From a virus (taxonomy: Duplodnaviria; Heunggongvirae; Uroviricota; Caudoviricetes): a stretch of DNA of 64,000 nucleotides. The stretch's first letter is position 1, and every line of letters begins with the position of its first letter. The position numbers were made by a program, and so were the translations under genes. This document shows positions 28,960 through 37,351 of this stretch, one piece after another. The notes beneath the pieces were generated by a model. That model was not told where the DNA came from. It did not search any database and saw only the letters and a program-made list of their open reading frames with translations. The stretch lies in the IMG/VR virus record IMGVR_UViG_3300032167_007646; one strand, written 5' to 3'.

Positions 28960-29328
28960 TTAATTTTCATACAGCATAGCAGTACCATCAGAATACATAC
29001 CACCTACAAAGTTATAATTATACTTCTTTGCAACCTTTTTTGCTATCTCCCAGACCTGTTCCTTATTCACATCTTCACGAAAACTGTAATAAAATTGAAC
29101 TTCATTACCCAACTTATAAGTATTAGTTTCCTTATCATAGTCATTACAAAAACCACCCTTAAAAACTAATGCACGAAAACAATTAAATCTATTATATTTA
29201 GACTTATCATAATACTTAAAATAGTTTTCTTCTGTTGAATCACTATAACCATGAGTATAACAACACATATCTGGATATGCTTTTTGTATAGCACGAACTA
29301 TTGCTTCTACACATTTAAAATCCACCAT
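28960..29328 (-). CDS. Hypothetical protein
   Basis: 122 aa, RBS. Confidence 0.7.
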   Translation of the reverse strand: MVDFKCVEAIVRAIQKAYPDMCCYTHGYSDSTEENYFKYYDKSKYNRFNCFRALVFKGGFCNDYDKETNTYKLGNEVQFYYSFREDVNKEQVWEIAKKVAKKYNYNFVGGMYSDGTAMLYEN

Positions 29329-29341
29329 TAATAACTACTCC

Positions 29342-29572
29342 TTATAGATGATGATTATACTTAAATTGACTGTTATTGCCTTTTAACTTTATCTCACTTG
29401 TTTCAAAGCAACAACCATCTCTATCAATATGTTCAGTCCAAGCACAACCACCTTTTTCTTTCAAAAGTTTTTTAGCAGTTGTTATGCTTATACCCGTTTC
29501 ATATTCTTCACCATCAGAACTACGCCAATTATGTATTCTCATAATTAACCCCTCTTTGAATGAATAGTACAA
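29342..29572 (-). CDS. Small hypothetical protein
   Basis: True start probably MRIHNW (29542). Confidence 0.65.
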   Translation of the reverse strand: MYYSFKEGLIMRIHNWRSSDGEEYETGISITTAKKLLKEKGGCAWTEHIDRDGCCFETSEIKLKGNNSQFKYNHHL

Positions 29573-29751
29573 CCTCTAAATACCACTTCTTCATGTTCTG
29601 CCATACCATAGCCACGAAGTTCTGTACCTACATCAAAAGAAACATCTTTTGCTTCAACAGTAGTATAACCCTGTTCCCTACACTTTTCAGCAATAAGTTC
29701 CTTAATTTCAGTAGGAGTCAAACTAATAGTAATATTATTTCCAATCTTCAT
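29545..29751 (-). CDS. Small hypothetical protein
   Basis: 68 aa, GAGGTG RBS. Confidence 0.65.
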   Translation of the reverse strand: MKIGNNITISLTPTEIKELIAEKCREQGYTTVEAKDVSFDVGTELRGYGMAEHEEVVFRGCTIHSKRG

Positions 29752-29777
29752 TTTCTACACCTCTCTATTTTTATATT

Positions 29778-30047
29778 TTAACTATTATAAGCATCTATAA
29801 TTGCTTGTCTTTGTTCTGCATTTGGTTTACAAATGACAATCAGACCTGTTCTATCCTGATGAATATAATAAACATATTCAAAATTCAAATAGTTCTGATT
29901 ACTTCCCAAAGAAATTTCTACTGAACCTGTATATCTATGAACTAATGCAGGACAACTATCAATTTCCCTAATAGGCTCTTGATATACAGAAAGTTCTTTT
30001 ATTTCTCTACCTTTACTATACTTCTGTAAAAACTCACGAACTGTCAT
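29778..30047 (-). CDS. Small hypothetical protein
   Basis: 89 aa, GAGGTG RBS. Confidence 0.65.
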   Translation of the reverse strand: MTVREFLQKYSKGREIKELSVYQEPIREIDSCPALVHRYTGSVEISLGSNQNYLNFEYVYYIHQDRTGLIVICKPNAEQRQAIIDAYNS

Positions 30048-30060
30048 ATTATAGCACCTC

Positions 30061-30867
30061 TTACTTATTTATAATTGTAATAGGAGATTTTTCTACTCCA
30101 TCTTTTGATACCTGCCAATAATTACAAAGATTATTTTTATGTGCTCTATCAAACATATCTTCTGTAGCTGCAGTTAAAAATACAAAAGCAGTTAAACCTG
30201 GTCTTTCTCCATTTTCACTTGTAGTAAGATGATATACCTTATGCCAACCTGCTTCAATATACTTTTTAGCAATAGCATTTCTCAAAACTATGGGAAGTTC
30301 ACTATTTACTTGTGCCTCAAACCATTCAAACATAGGTTCATTTTCCTTAAGTTCCTTATCAATCTCATCTACATACTTATCAACCTTTGAAAGTGTTTTC
30401 AGTTCAATCAATTCTTTTGGACTAATAGCCATTTTTACATCTTCTCCTTTATTTAATACTTCTTTTAATTCCTCTTTTAATTCCATTTCTATTGATTTTC
30501 TTTTCCATTCTAATACTGTTTCATAGGAAGAAATCATATGATAGTCAAACTCTTTGTAATCTTCTGATTCCAACCACTTAACATATGAGTCTTTTGTCAA
30601 GAAAACAAAATGACTAACTCTTTCACCATCTTGTTCCATACCTACAAAAGCAACTACATACCAACCTGCATCAATATACTTTGCTGCAATTTCCTGACAA
30701 AACTCTTCAGAAAGTTCTACTTCTGTAAAAACACTATGCCAAGCAAACCATCTATGCTCATTTTGTTCTAACAAGTCTTTATTTATTAAACTAAGCCAAT
30801 AATCAAACTTTTCTTCTTTACTTATCTCTATTTTTCCTAATTCATCAGGACCATAAGCTCTTGCCAT
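30061..30867 (-). CDS. Paralog family C, two tandem domains
   Basis: KYIDAGW...FVFLT and KYIEAGW...TSENGERPGLTAFVFLT; internal MAISP start at 30432. Confidence 0.8.
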   Translation of the reverse strand: MARAYGPDELGKIEISKEEKFDYWLSLINKDLLEQNEHRWFAWHSVFTEVELSEEFCQEIAAKYIDAGWYVVAFVGMEQDGERVSHFVFLTKDSYVKWLESEDYKEFDYHMISSYETVLEWKRKSIEMELKEELKEVLNKGEDVKMAISPKELIELKTLSKVDKYVDEIDKELKENEPMFEWFEAQVNSELPIVLRNAIAKKYIEAGWHKVYHLTTSENGERPGLTAFVFLTAATEDMFDRAHKNNLCNYWQVSKDGVEKSPITIINK

Positions 30868-30868
30868 T

Positions 30869-31297
30869 TTATTTCACCTTACCCCTCAATACAGTATAAT
30901 CAAAATCACTATTTGGGAAACAACAAGGCATAGAATACTTAAAATATTCTGAACCAAATATATGATAACTTTCTATATTTGTCATTGTTTCAAAAAACTT
31001 AGGTATATCTTTTGCTTCCAAAAATGCAAAATATGTTACTTTTTCCCCTAAATCTTTATTCTCACTACTTGTTTGATGTACTACAACTTCCCAACCCGCC
31101 TTAATATATCTCTTTGCAATTTCATCTCTTATATCTGAGTTTAATTCATTATCAAAAATATAATCACGCCAAGAATAAAGACCTTTCTTACCACATAACA
31201 AATGCTTATCTATAATATCTTCCATTCTTTCAGCAAACTTTTCAATTTCCTTTTGATACATATATTCAACAGTTAATTCCTTAGGACTTATTGCCAT
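30869..31297 (-). CDS. Paralog family C
   Basis: MAISPKE...RYIKAGW...TSSEN. Confidence 0.8.
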   Translation of the reverse strand: MAISPKELTVEYMYQKEIEKFAERMEDIIDKHLLCGKKGLYSWRDYIFDNELNSDIRDEIAKRYIKAGWEVVVHQTSSENKDLGEKVTYFAFLEAKDIPKFFETMTNIESYHIFGSEYFKYSMPCCFPNSDFDYTVLRGKVK

Positions 31298-31709
31298 TTA
31301 AATCTCCCCATTTCTTTTCTTCATAAGAACTTTTAATTTTATCTTTAGTTATTACATAATATATTTTTCTCTTATCTAATGTATCCACATATTCCTTAAA
31401 AAAACTATCAATAGTATGTTCTGTCAAAAATGCAAAATATGTAATACCAGGTCTTTCACCATTTTCTGTTGATGTTTGATGAACAACCATATCCCAACCT
31501 GCATCAATATATTCTTTTGCTACAGCATTTCTTAAATCTTCTCGATATTCATTAGGAAGTATTACATCAAACCATTCACTATTTCTACATTCACCCGCAA
31601 ATCGTAATTTTTCATCTATTTTCTCAACAATTTCTTTCACTGCCTTTTTATCAAAACCTACTACATCCTTTGGACTTAATGCCATATTTATACCCCTCTC
31701 TTTACTCAT
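31281..31709 (-). CDS. Paralog family C
   Basis: MALSPKD (true start about 31685)...EYIDAGW...TSTENGERPGITYFAFLT. Confidence 0.8.
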   Translation of the reverse strand: MSKERGINMALSPKDVVGFDKKAVKEIVEKIDEKLRFAGECRNSEWFDVILPNEYREDLRNAVAKEYIDAGWDMVVHQTSTENGERPGITYFAFLTEHTIDSFFKEYVDTLDKRKIYYVITKDKIKSSYEEKKWGDLNGNKS

Positions 31710-32076
31710 TTACTCTTATCTGCTCTATTGAAGGCATATTTTTTGAATTACACCATTTTGGTTTTTCACTATGTTTATATCCATTTATTGAAGAAACATC
31801 ATTACCCACAAAGAAAACACCAATATTATATTCCTCTATAGATAACCAAACAGTATTATTTGTCATAATATTTCTTAAAATAACATGTCCACTTGTCTTT
31901 ATTTCAAGTTCAAATTCTTCACCATCACAAGCAACAATATCAACAGTACCTTTTCTTCTTAAATCAAAATAATCTTGATTACCTTCAGTAGTGTGAAAAA
32001 TTATTCCACCATAATGTAATTCTTTTATACCATTATTATATAATTCTTTTAGACTTAAACATACTTTTTTATCCAT
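31702..32076 (-). CDS. Hypothetical protein
   Basis: 124 aa, coupled to neighbours. Confidence 0.7.
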   Translation of the reverse strand: MDKKVCLSLKELYNNGIKELHYGGIIFHTTEGNQDYFDLRRKGTVDIVACDGEEFELEIKTSGHVILRNIMTNNTVWLSIEEYNIGVFFVGNDVSSINGYKHSEKPKWCNSKNMPSIEQIRVNE

Positions 32077-32257
32077 TATTTATAACCTCAAATCTTAAAA
32101 TATAACCTTCATTAAAATTCTGTTCAAACTTCCTTAAAGTAAACTCATCAAATTCCTTTTGTGTCATATGTATAAAAGGATTATTCTTTAATACTTTTTT
32201 TGTATCATGTATTTTTTCAACTTCTGGTTCTGAAAAATGAACATATTTAACTTTCAT
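32069..32257 (-). CDS. Small hypothetical protein
   Basis: 62 aa, AGGAG RBS, first gene after a sigmaA promoter. Confidence 0.65.
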   Translation of the reverse strand: MKVKYVHFSEPEVEKIHDTKKVLKNNPFIHMTQKEFDEFTLRKFEQNFNEGYILRFEVINNG

Positions 32258-32285
32258 ATCATTAACACTCCTTTATCTTAAATTA

Positions 32286-32314
32286 AGTATAACACAATTA
32301 TTACTTTTTGTCAA
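32286..32314 (-). promoter_or_regulatory. sigmaA promoter
   Basis: TTGACA, 17 nt, TGnTATACT. Confidence 0.8.
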
Positions 32315-32332
32315 TACTTTTTTTATAAAAAA

Positions 32333-32358
32333 TTAGAGATTGTATATGCAATCTCTAA
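32333..32358 (-). terminator. Intrinsic terminator
   Basis: ttagagattg/caatctctaa. Confidence 0.75.
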
Positions 32359-32379
32359 ATAAATTCAATCTTTTAATAT

Positions 32380-32742
32380 TTAAGGAATTCTTTTCTTTTT
32401 TACTACATCATATTTTAACTCTTGTTTATTTATAACATCTCTTACAAAATTATGACTTCCCAACTTAGTACAAAATACAAATTCTGTAGTATTCTCTACT
32501 TTGCCAAAATTTATTCTATAATATACAGTATCCCATCCTGCTTCTATATATTCTTCTGCAATATCTTTACAAATCTTATCACTTAAACCACCCTCTAAAA
32601 TGACTGTTACATAATCTGTAACGTCACCTTTGGTTAGTTCAAGCATAATCTTATCTATTTCTACTACTTTATTACTTACTATTTGTCTTAAACATTTATT
32701 TTCTTCTCTTAACTTATAAAATTCTTTTGGACTTACAGCCAT
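32380..32742 (-). CDS. Paralog family C
   Basis: MAVSPKE...EYIEAGW...FVFCT. Confidence 0.8.
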   Translation of the reverse strand: MAVSPKEFYKLREENKCLRQIVSNKVVEIDKIMLELTKGDVTDYVTVILEGGLSDKICKDIAEEYIEAGWDTVYYRINFGKVENTTEFVFCTKLGSHNFVRDVINKQELKYDVVKKKRIP

Positions 32743-32744
32743 AG

Positions 32745-33098
32745 TTAATCCTCCTTCTCAACTACCAAATAATCTCTTAATTCTGATTTACCTTTCGCAT
32801 AATCTTTATCTTTTCTTTTACAAAGAATAAATTTTGTAGATTTACTATTTTTAAAATCTAAAATATGAGAACAAACCATAGGCCAACCCTCATCTACATA
32901 TTCTTGACTTATCAATTCTCTTAATTCTTTACTTAATATTCCTGGTAAACAAACGACTACAAAACTACCTTTTGCTTTATCACCAACTGCTAATTTACGA
33001 AGTTTCTTATCCATTTCTTCTACTTTTTCTTTTACTATATCTTCTAATAAACATTGTCTATTTATTTCATTATAAAATTCTATTGGACTTAATGCCAT
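32745..33098 (-). CDS. Paralog family C
   Basis: MALSPIE...EYVDEGW. Confidence 0.78.
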   Translation of the reverse strand: MALSPIEFYNEINRQCLLEDIVKEKVEEMDKKLRKLAVGDKAKGSFVVVCLPGILSKELRELISQEYVDEGWPMVCSHILDFKNSKSTKFILCKRKDKDYAKGKSELRDYLVVEKED

Positions 33099-33100
33099 TT

Positions 33101-33760
33101 TTATCTATCCCCTTTAACTTTAAAACATTTTTCAATATTTTTTAATTCACCTACTACTAACAATGTTCTATCTACATCAAAAACAGTATTAGGTAATATA
33201 TTACAATTAAAAACTTTACCCATCTTAAATGCTAAAATATTTATACTATACTTTCTTCTTATATCTACTTCCGCAACAGTTTTTCCTATCCAAGAGTCAG
33301 GAATTGTAACTTCAAAAACACCAAAATTATCATCTATTTCCATATAATCCAATATATGGTCAGCAGTATATCTAATAGCAGCCCATTCTGCCACTTGTTC
33401 CTCTGGATAAACAACTTCATCTGCACCATTTCTTAATAAAAATTTTCTTTGAACTCCACGCTCTGCTCTTGCTACTACATACTGAGCACCTAATTCTTTT
33501 AATAAAGAAGTTGTTTCTAGTGATGCTTGAAAATCTTTTGCAATAGTTACAAAACAAACATCAAAATCACTTACACCTAATGTTCTTAAAAAATCTTCAT
33601 TTGTACTATCACCTATTTGAGCATTTGCAACTATTGATAACACACTATTGATTCTATCTTCTGAATTATCTATTGCCATAACTTCATGACCTAGTTCATA
33701 CATCTTTTCTGCAATATGCTTACCAAATCTACCCAATCCTACTATTAAAATTGATTTCAT
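33101..33760 (-). CDS. trkA: TrkA/KtrA K+ uptake regulatory subunit (RCK_N + RCK_C)
   Basis: VGLGRFG, GDSTNEDFL, LKELGA, GADEVVYPE. Confidence 0.95.
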   Translation of the reverse strand: MKSILIVGLGRFGKHIAEKMYELGHEVMAIDNSEDRINSVLSIVANAQIGDSTNEDFLRTLGVSDFDVCFVTIAKDFQASLETTSLLKELGAQYVVARAERGVQRKFLLRNGADEVVYPEEQVAEWAAIRYTADHILDYMEIDDNFGVFEVTIPDSWIGKTVAEVDIRRKYSINILAFKMGKVFNCNILPNTVFDVDRTLLVVGELKNIEKCFKVKGDR

Positions 33761-33771
33761 AATATACCACC

Positions 33772-35100
33772 TTACCCCACATTTACTTTTTCCATTGGTT
33801 TTTTAGATATATTTTTAACTTTTGGACTCAATGTTGCAAAAATTAAAGTTAAACAACCAACTCTACCAAAAAACATTAAAAACATTAGAATACACTTTGA
33901 TATAAAACCTAAACTTGATGTTATACCTAATGATAATCCTACTGTTCCTATTGCTGAAGCAGTTTCAAATAAACAAGTTAATAAATCCAAACCCTCTATC
34001 TTACTTATTATACAACCACTTACTATAAATAACATTATATACATTAATAATATACTACTTGCATTTTTCATTACACTATTATCTACACGCCTACCAAAAC
34101 ATTCTACATCTTCTTTCTTACGAAATGAAGAAAAAGCACTTAATATAAGTATTGCTATTGTAGTAGTTTTTAATCCACCCGCAGTAGAACCTGGTGAACC
34201 ACCTATTAACATTAAACATATTGTTAATAATTTACCTACCTCACTCATACTATTAAAATCTAATGAATTAAATCCTGCAGTTCTTGTTGTTACTGACTGA
34301 AATAAAGAACCTAATATTCTTTCACTACCTTGTAATTCATTAAATTCAAAAAAGTAAAAATATACTGCTGGAATAATTATTAAAAATACACTTGTAAATA
34401 ATACAATTTTACTTTGTAAACTATATCTTTTCAATCTAAAACCAAATTGCTTTATATCACTCCATACAGTAAATCCAAGACCACCCACTATTATTAAAAA
34501 CATTATCACAATATTTAAAATAATATTACTACTATACCCTGTCAATGAACAAAATTTATTCTCTACACTACCTAATAAATCAAACCCTGCATTACAAAAA
34601 GCGCTAATTGAATGAAATACAGATTTCCATATTCCCAGTACACCAAAATCTGTATAAAATACTGAAAACATAAATAATGCACCAAGTAATTCAATAATTA
34701 AAGTAATCTTTAATATAAATAATGTTAATTTTACTATACCACCAACTTGATGTGCTGAAATAGAATCTTGCATTAAACTTCTTTGTTGAATACCTACCTT
34801 TTTACCAGCAAATATCAATCCTAATAAAGATATTGTTACAACACCTAATCCACCTATTTGTATTAACAATAAAATTAAAAATTGTCCAAAATAAGACCAA
34901 TAACTTGCTGTATCAAATACAACTAAACCTGTAACACAAGTTGCAGAAATAGAAGTAAACAAACAATCTATATAAGAAGTCCACACACCATTTACATTAG
35001 ATATAGGTAACATTAATAAAATACTTCCAATTATTATTACACTCAAAAAACCTAATATAATCTGTTGAGAATAACTTAAATTTTTTATCTTTTTATTCAT
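33772..35100 (-). CDS. trkH: TrkH/KtrB K+ uptake membrane subunit
   Basis: Four MPM repeats with filter glycines: TCVTGL, FCNAGF, TRTAGF, IGTVGLS. Confidence 0.95.
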   Translation of the reverse strand: MNKKIKNLSYSQQIILGFLSVIIIGSILLMLPISNVNGVWTSYIDCLFTSISATCVTGLVVFDTASYWSYFGQFLILLLIQIGGLGVVTISLLGLIFAGKKVGIQQRSLMQDSISAHQVGGIVKLTLFILKITLIIELLGALFMFSVFYTDFGVLGIWKSVFHSISAFCNAGFDLLGSVENKFCSLTGYSSNIILNIVIMFLIIVGGLGFTVWSDIKQFGFRLKRYSLQSKIVLFTSVFLIIIPAVYFYFFEFNELQGSERILGSLFQSVTTRTAGFNSLDFNSMSEVGKLLTICLMLIGGSPGSTAGGLKTTTIAILILSAFSSFRKKEDVECFGRRVDNSVMKNASSILLMYIMLFIVSGCIISKIEGLDLLTCLFETASAIGTVGLSLGITSSLGFISKCILMFLMFFGRVGCLTLIFATLSPKVKNISKKPMEKVNVG

Positions 35101-35108
35101 TATAAAAC

Positions 35109-35612
35109 CTACTTTATCTTTTTATCTACAACAACTATTGTATCATTATGCCAACCACCATGAGCAACCAACAATATTTCTTGTATTTCAAATCCATATT
35201 TCTTACCTATACCACCACTATTCCAGCTACAAGTAATAACATAGCCTCCTGGTTTTACAATACGACCAATCTCAGCCTTTTGTTTTGACCAATATGAACT
35301 CTGTGTTGTTTGATAATTTACACTCATACCCAAATTCTTATAACATTCAGAGATTTGTCTGGGCGAATAAGGAGCATCATATAATACAGTATCAACAGAC
35401 TCATCCTCAAACATCTTTAAGAAATCAGTAGCATCCATATGATATGTAGTATCATATTGAGGGTCTAAATCATTTGTTATCGTCGCAAATTTATTACTAT
35501 TTGCAAAAGGGTCTATAATAACCCCATTTGCATATTTATTTATCAAATCACCTATTGCCTTTATACTAAAAGTATTACTATTTGGCATAGACCAAACTCT
35601 GTTTATTTCCAT
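35109..35612 (-). CDS. Small phage-type DNA adenine methyltransferase
   Basis: IIDPFAN (motif I), VLYDAPYSPRQ (motif IV variant), WNSGGIG, HGGWHND. Confidence 0.75.
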   Translation of the reverse strand: MEINRVWSMPNSNTFSIKAIGDLINKYANGVIIDPFANSNKFATITNDLDPQYDTTYHMDATDFLKMFEDESVDTVLYDAPYSPRQISECYKNLGMSVNYQTTQSSYWSKQKAEIGRIVKPGGYVITCSWNSGGIGKKYGFEIQEILLVAHGGWHNDTIVVVDKKIK

Positions 35613-35624
35613 AATTAAATCACC

Positions 35625-35987
35625 TTATCTATTCTTAACTGTTGTAACTGAAATATAATTACTACAATCAGGATTTTCAAGCCACTTCTTACGAGTTTCA
35701 TTTGTTAAAAATACATATTTTACTATCCAATTATATGTTTCAGCCTGTGTTTTCTCAATCTGATAAGCCACTTCAGCCCAACCATTTTGTAAATATTTAT
35801 AACAAACTTCTTCACAAACCTTATTCAAAGGTTCTTCTGTATCAAAATAAGTAATTCTACAAATATCTAATAATTTATATGTAGCACGCTCAATTATTTT
35901 TGCATCTAATTTCTCAACTATTTCATCTACTGTTTTCTGTAATAAAGCCTTTTGATGTTCTTCAAATCCACTTGGACTAATTGCCAT
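35625..35987 (-). CDS. Paralog family C
   Basis: MAISPSG...KYLQNGW...YVFLT. Confidence 0.78.
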   Translation of the reverse strand: MAISPSGFEEHQKALLQKTVDEIVEKLDAKIIERATYKLLDICRITYFDTEEPLNKVCEEVCYKYLQNGWAEVAYQIEKTQAETYNWIVKYVFLTNETRKKWLENPDCSNYISVTTVKNR

Positions 35988-36002
35988 TTTTATAACCCCC
36001 TA

Positions 36003-36767
36003 CTAATTTTTTGTAATTGTACTCTTAATAATATCTATTAAATCATCTGTTAATTTACTTGCTCTAAATCTATATACTGTACTATTATAGAAATATCCTT
36101 TTTCTTCATAGACAAATATATCTTTTTCTTCACTCACCATTACATTCTGCATATTAACAGATTTATTTAACTTTATAATATCCTTACTCATATAAAGTTC
36201 ACGACAAAGATTAGGTATATTATAATCTTTTACATTTAATTCCCAATTACCTGTTTCACTACCACCCACAGTTTCAGGAACAACTATATCATAATAATCT
36301 ACAATATCACTAACACACTTTTCTTGATATATTTCAACTCTAAAACAGCCACTGTGATATGTCATATCTACAGAACATTTTTCACTTAATTCTTTAATTA
36401 AATTTTTATCTAAACTTGCAGTAACTTTTTCAATAAATTCATCTATTCTATATTTACTACCTTTTAGTCTTAACTTTAACTGAATATCAGTTAAAATATT
36501 ATTTATCTGAAATAACTTATCATTCTCTATTTCTATTCTCTTTAATATAGAGTTCTTTTCAAACAAATAATCCTTATACTCTCTATAAATACTTGCTGTT
36601 TCACTATCCAAATCTATAAATGTATATGGAGTACCTTTTCTTACACTATTTATTTTTCCATCTTCACATAAAACACTATAATAATCAGGTTTTTCACTAA
36701 TAATCATACCTACTTCACCTGTACGAAATTTAAATATATCTCCAATACTTGCTTTATTCATTTTCAC
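36003..36767 (-). CDS. Hypothetical protein, paralog family A
   Basis: ASIGDIFKFRTGEVGMI...YYSVLCEDG, then coiled coil. Confidence 0.78.
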   Translation of the reverse strand: MKMNKASIGDIFKFRTGEVGMIISEKPDYYSVLCEDGKINSVRKGTPYTFIDLDSETASIYREYKDYLFEKNSILKRIEIENDKLFQINNILTDIQLKLRLKGSKYRIDEFIEKVTASLDKNLIKELSEKCSVDMTYHSGCFRVEIYQEKCVSDIVDYYDIVVPETVGGSETGNWELNVKDYNIPNLCRELYMSKDIIKLNKSVNMQNVMVSEEKDIFVYEEKGYFYNSTVYRFRASKLTDDLIDIIKSTITKN

Positions 36768-36790
36768 ACCACCTAAATTATTATAAAAAT

Positions 36791-36819
36791 ATTATACCAT
36801 AACTATTCCTATATGTCAA
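36791..36819 (-). promoter_or_regulatory. Consensus sigmaA promoter
   Basis: TTGACA, 17 nt, TGnTATAAT. Confidence 0.85.
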
Positions 36820-36846
36820 TACACACAAAATAAAAATATAATAAAA

Positions 36847-36871
36847 GTGCTGATACTCAAAGTATCAGCAC
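36847..36871 (-). terminator. Intrinsic terminator
   Basis: gtgctgatact/agtatcagcac. Confidence 0.8.
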
Positions 36872-36914
36872 CATTTTCAATTACCTGTTTCATCTTTTCT
36901 CATATTAAAACCCC

Positions 36915-37262
36915 TTATCTAACACAATGCCATTCACTAGTAATATGAGATTTTTCCCAAATTTCATAGGTTTCTTCTGTTAAAAATACAAATGTTGTAA
37001 GACCTTGTCTCTCACCATGTTCACCTGAAGTTCTATGATATATCTTTTTCCAACCCTCTTTTACATAAGCCTTTGAAACCTCATTACGTAATTCTTCAGA
37101 ATACTCACCCTCAACAATTACCTGAACCCAAGAGTACATCTGATTTCCAGCAGTCTTAATAAGTGCATCATCTATTTGTGTAATTACACTATCAAGTCTA
37201 CCCATATCAGAAGCCACCTTAATTCTTTGATATTCACTAGGTCCAATCATACCAACTACCAC
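36915..37262 (-). CDS. Paralog family C
   Basis: MIGPSE...AYVKEGW...TSGEHGERQGLTTFVFLT. Confidence 0.8.
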   Translation of the reverse strand: MVVGMIGPSEYQRIKVASDMGRLDSVITQIDDALIKTAGNQMYSWVQVIVEGEYSEELRNEVSKAYVKEGWKKIYHRTSGEHGERQGLTTFVFLTEETYEIWEKSHITSEWHCVR

Positions 37263-37306
37263 CTTTCACCTTAAAAATTTATAAGAATATCATTACTTTT
37301 ACTTAT

Positions 37307-37335
37307 ATTATAACAAAAAAAGTCTCTTTTGTCAA
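37307..37335 (-). promoter_or_regulatory. Consensus sigmaA promoter whose -35 lies in the loop of a terminator hairpin
   Basis: TTGACA (37330-37335), 17 nt, TGnTATAAT (37307-37312). Confidence 0.8.
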
Positions 37336-37344
37336 GAGACTTTT
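37318..37344 (-). terminator. Terminator after the 37352 methyltransferase
   Basis: aaaagtctc/gagactttt. Confidence 0.75.
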
Positions 37345-37351
37345 AAACTTT

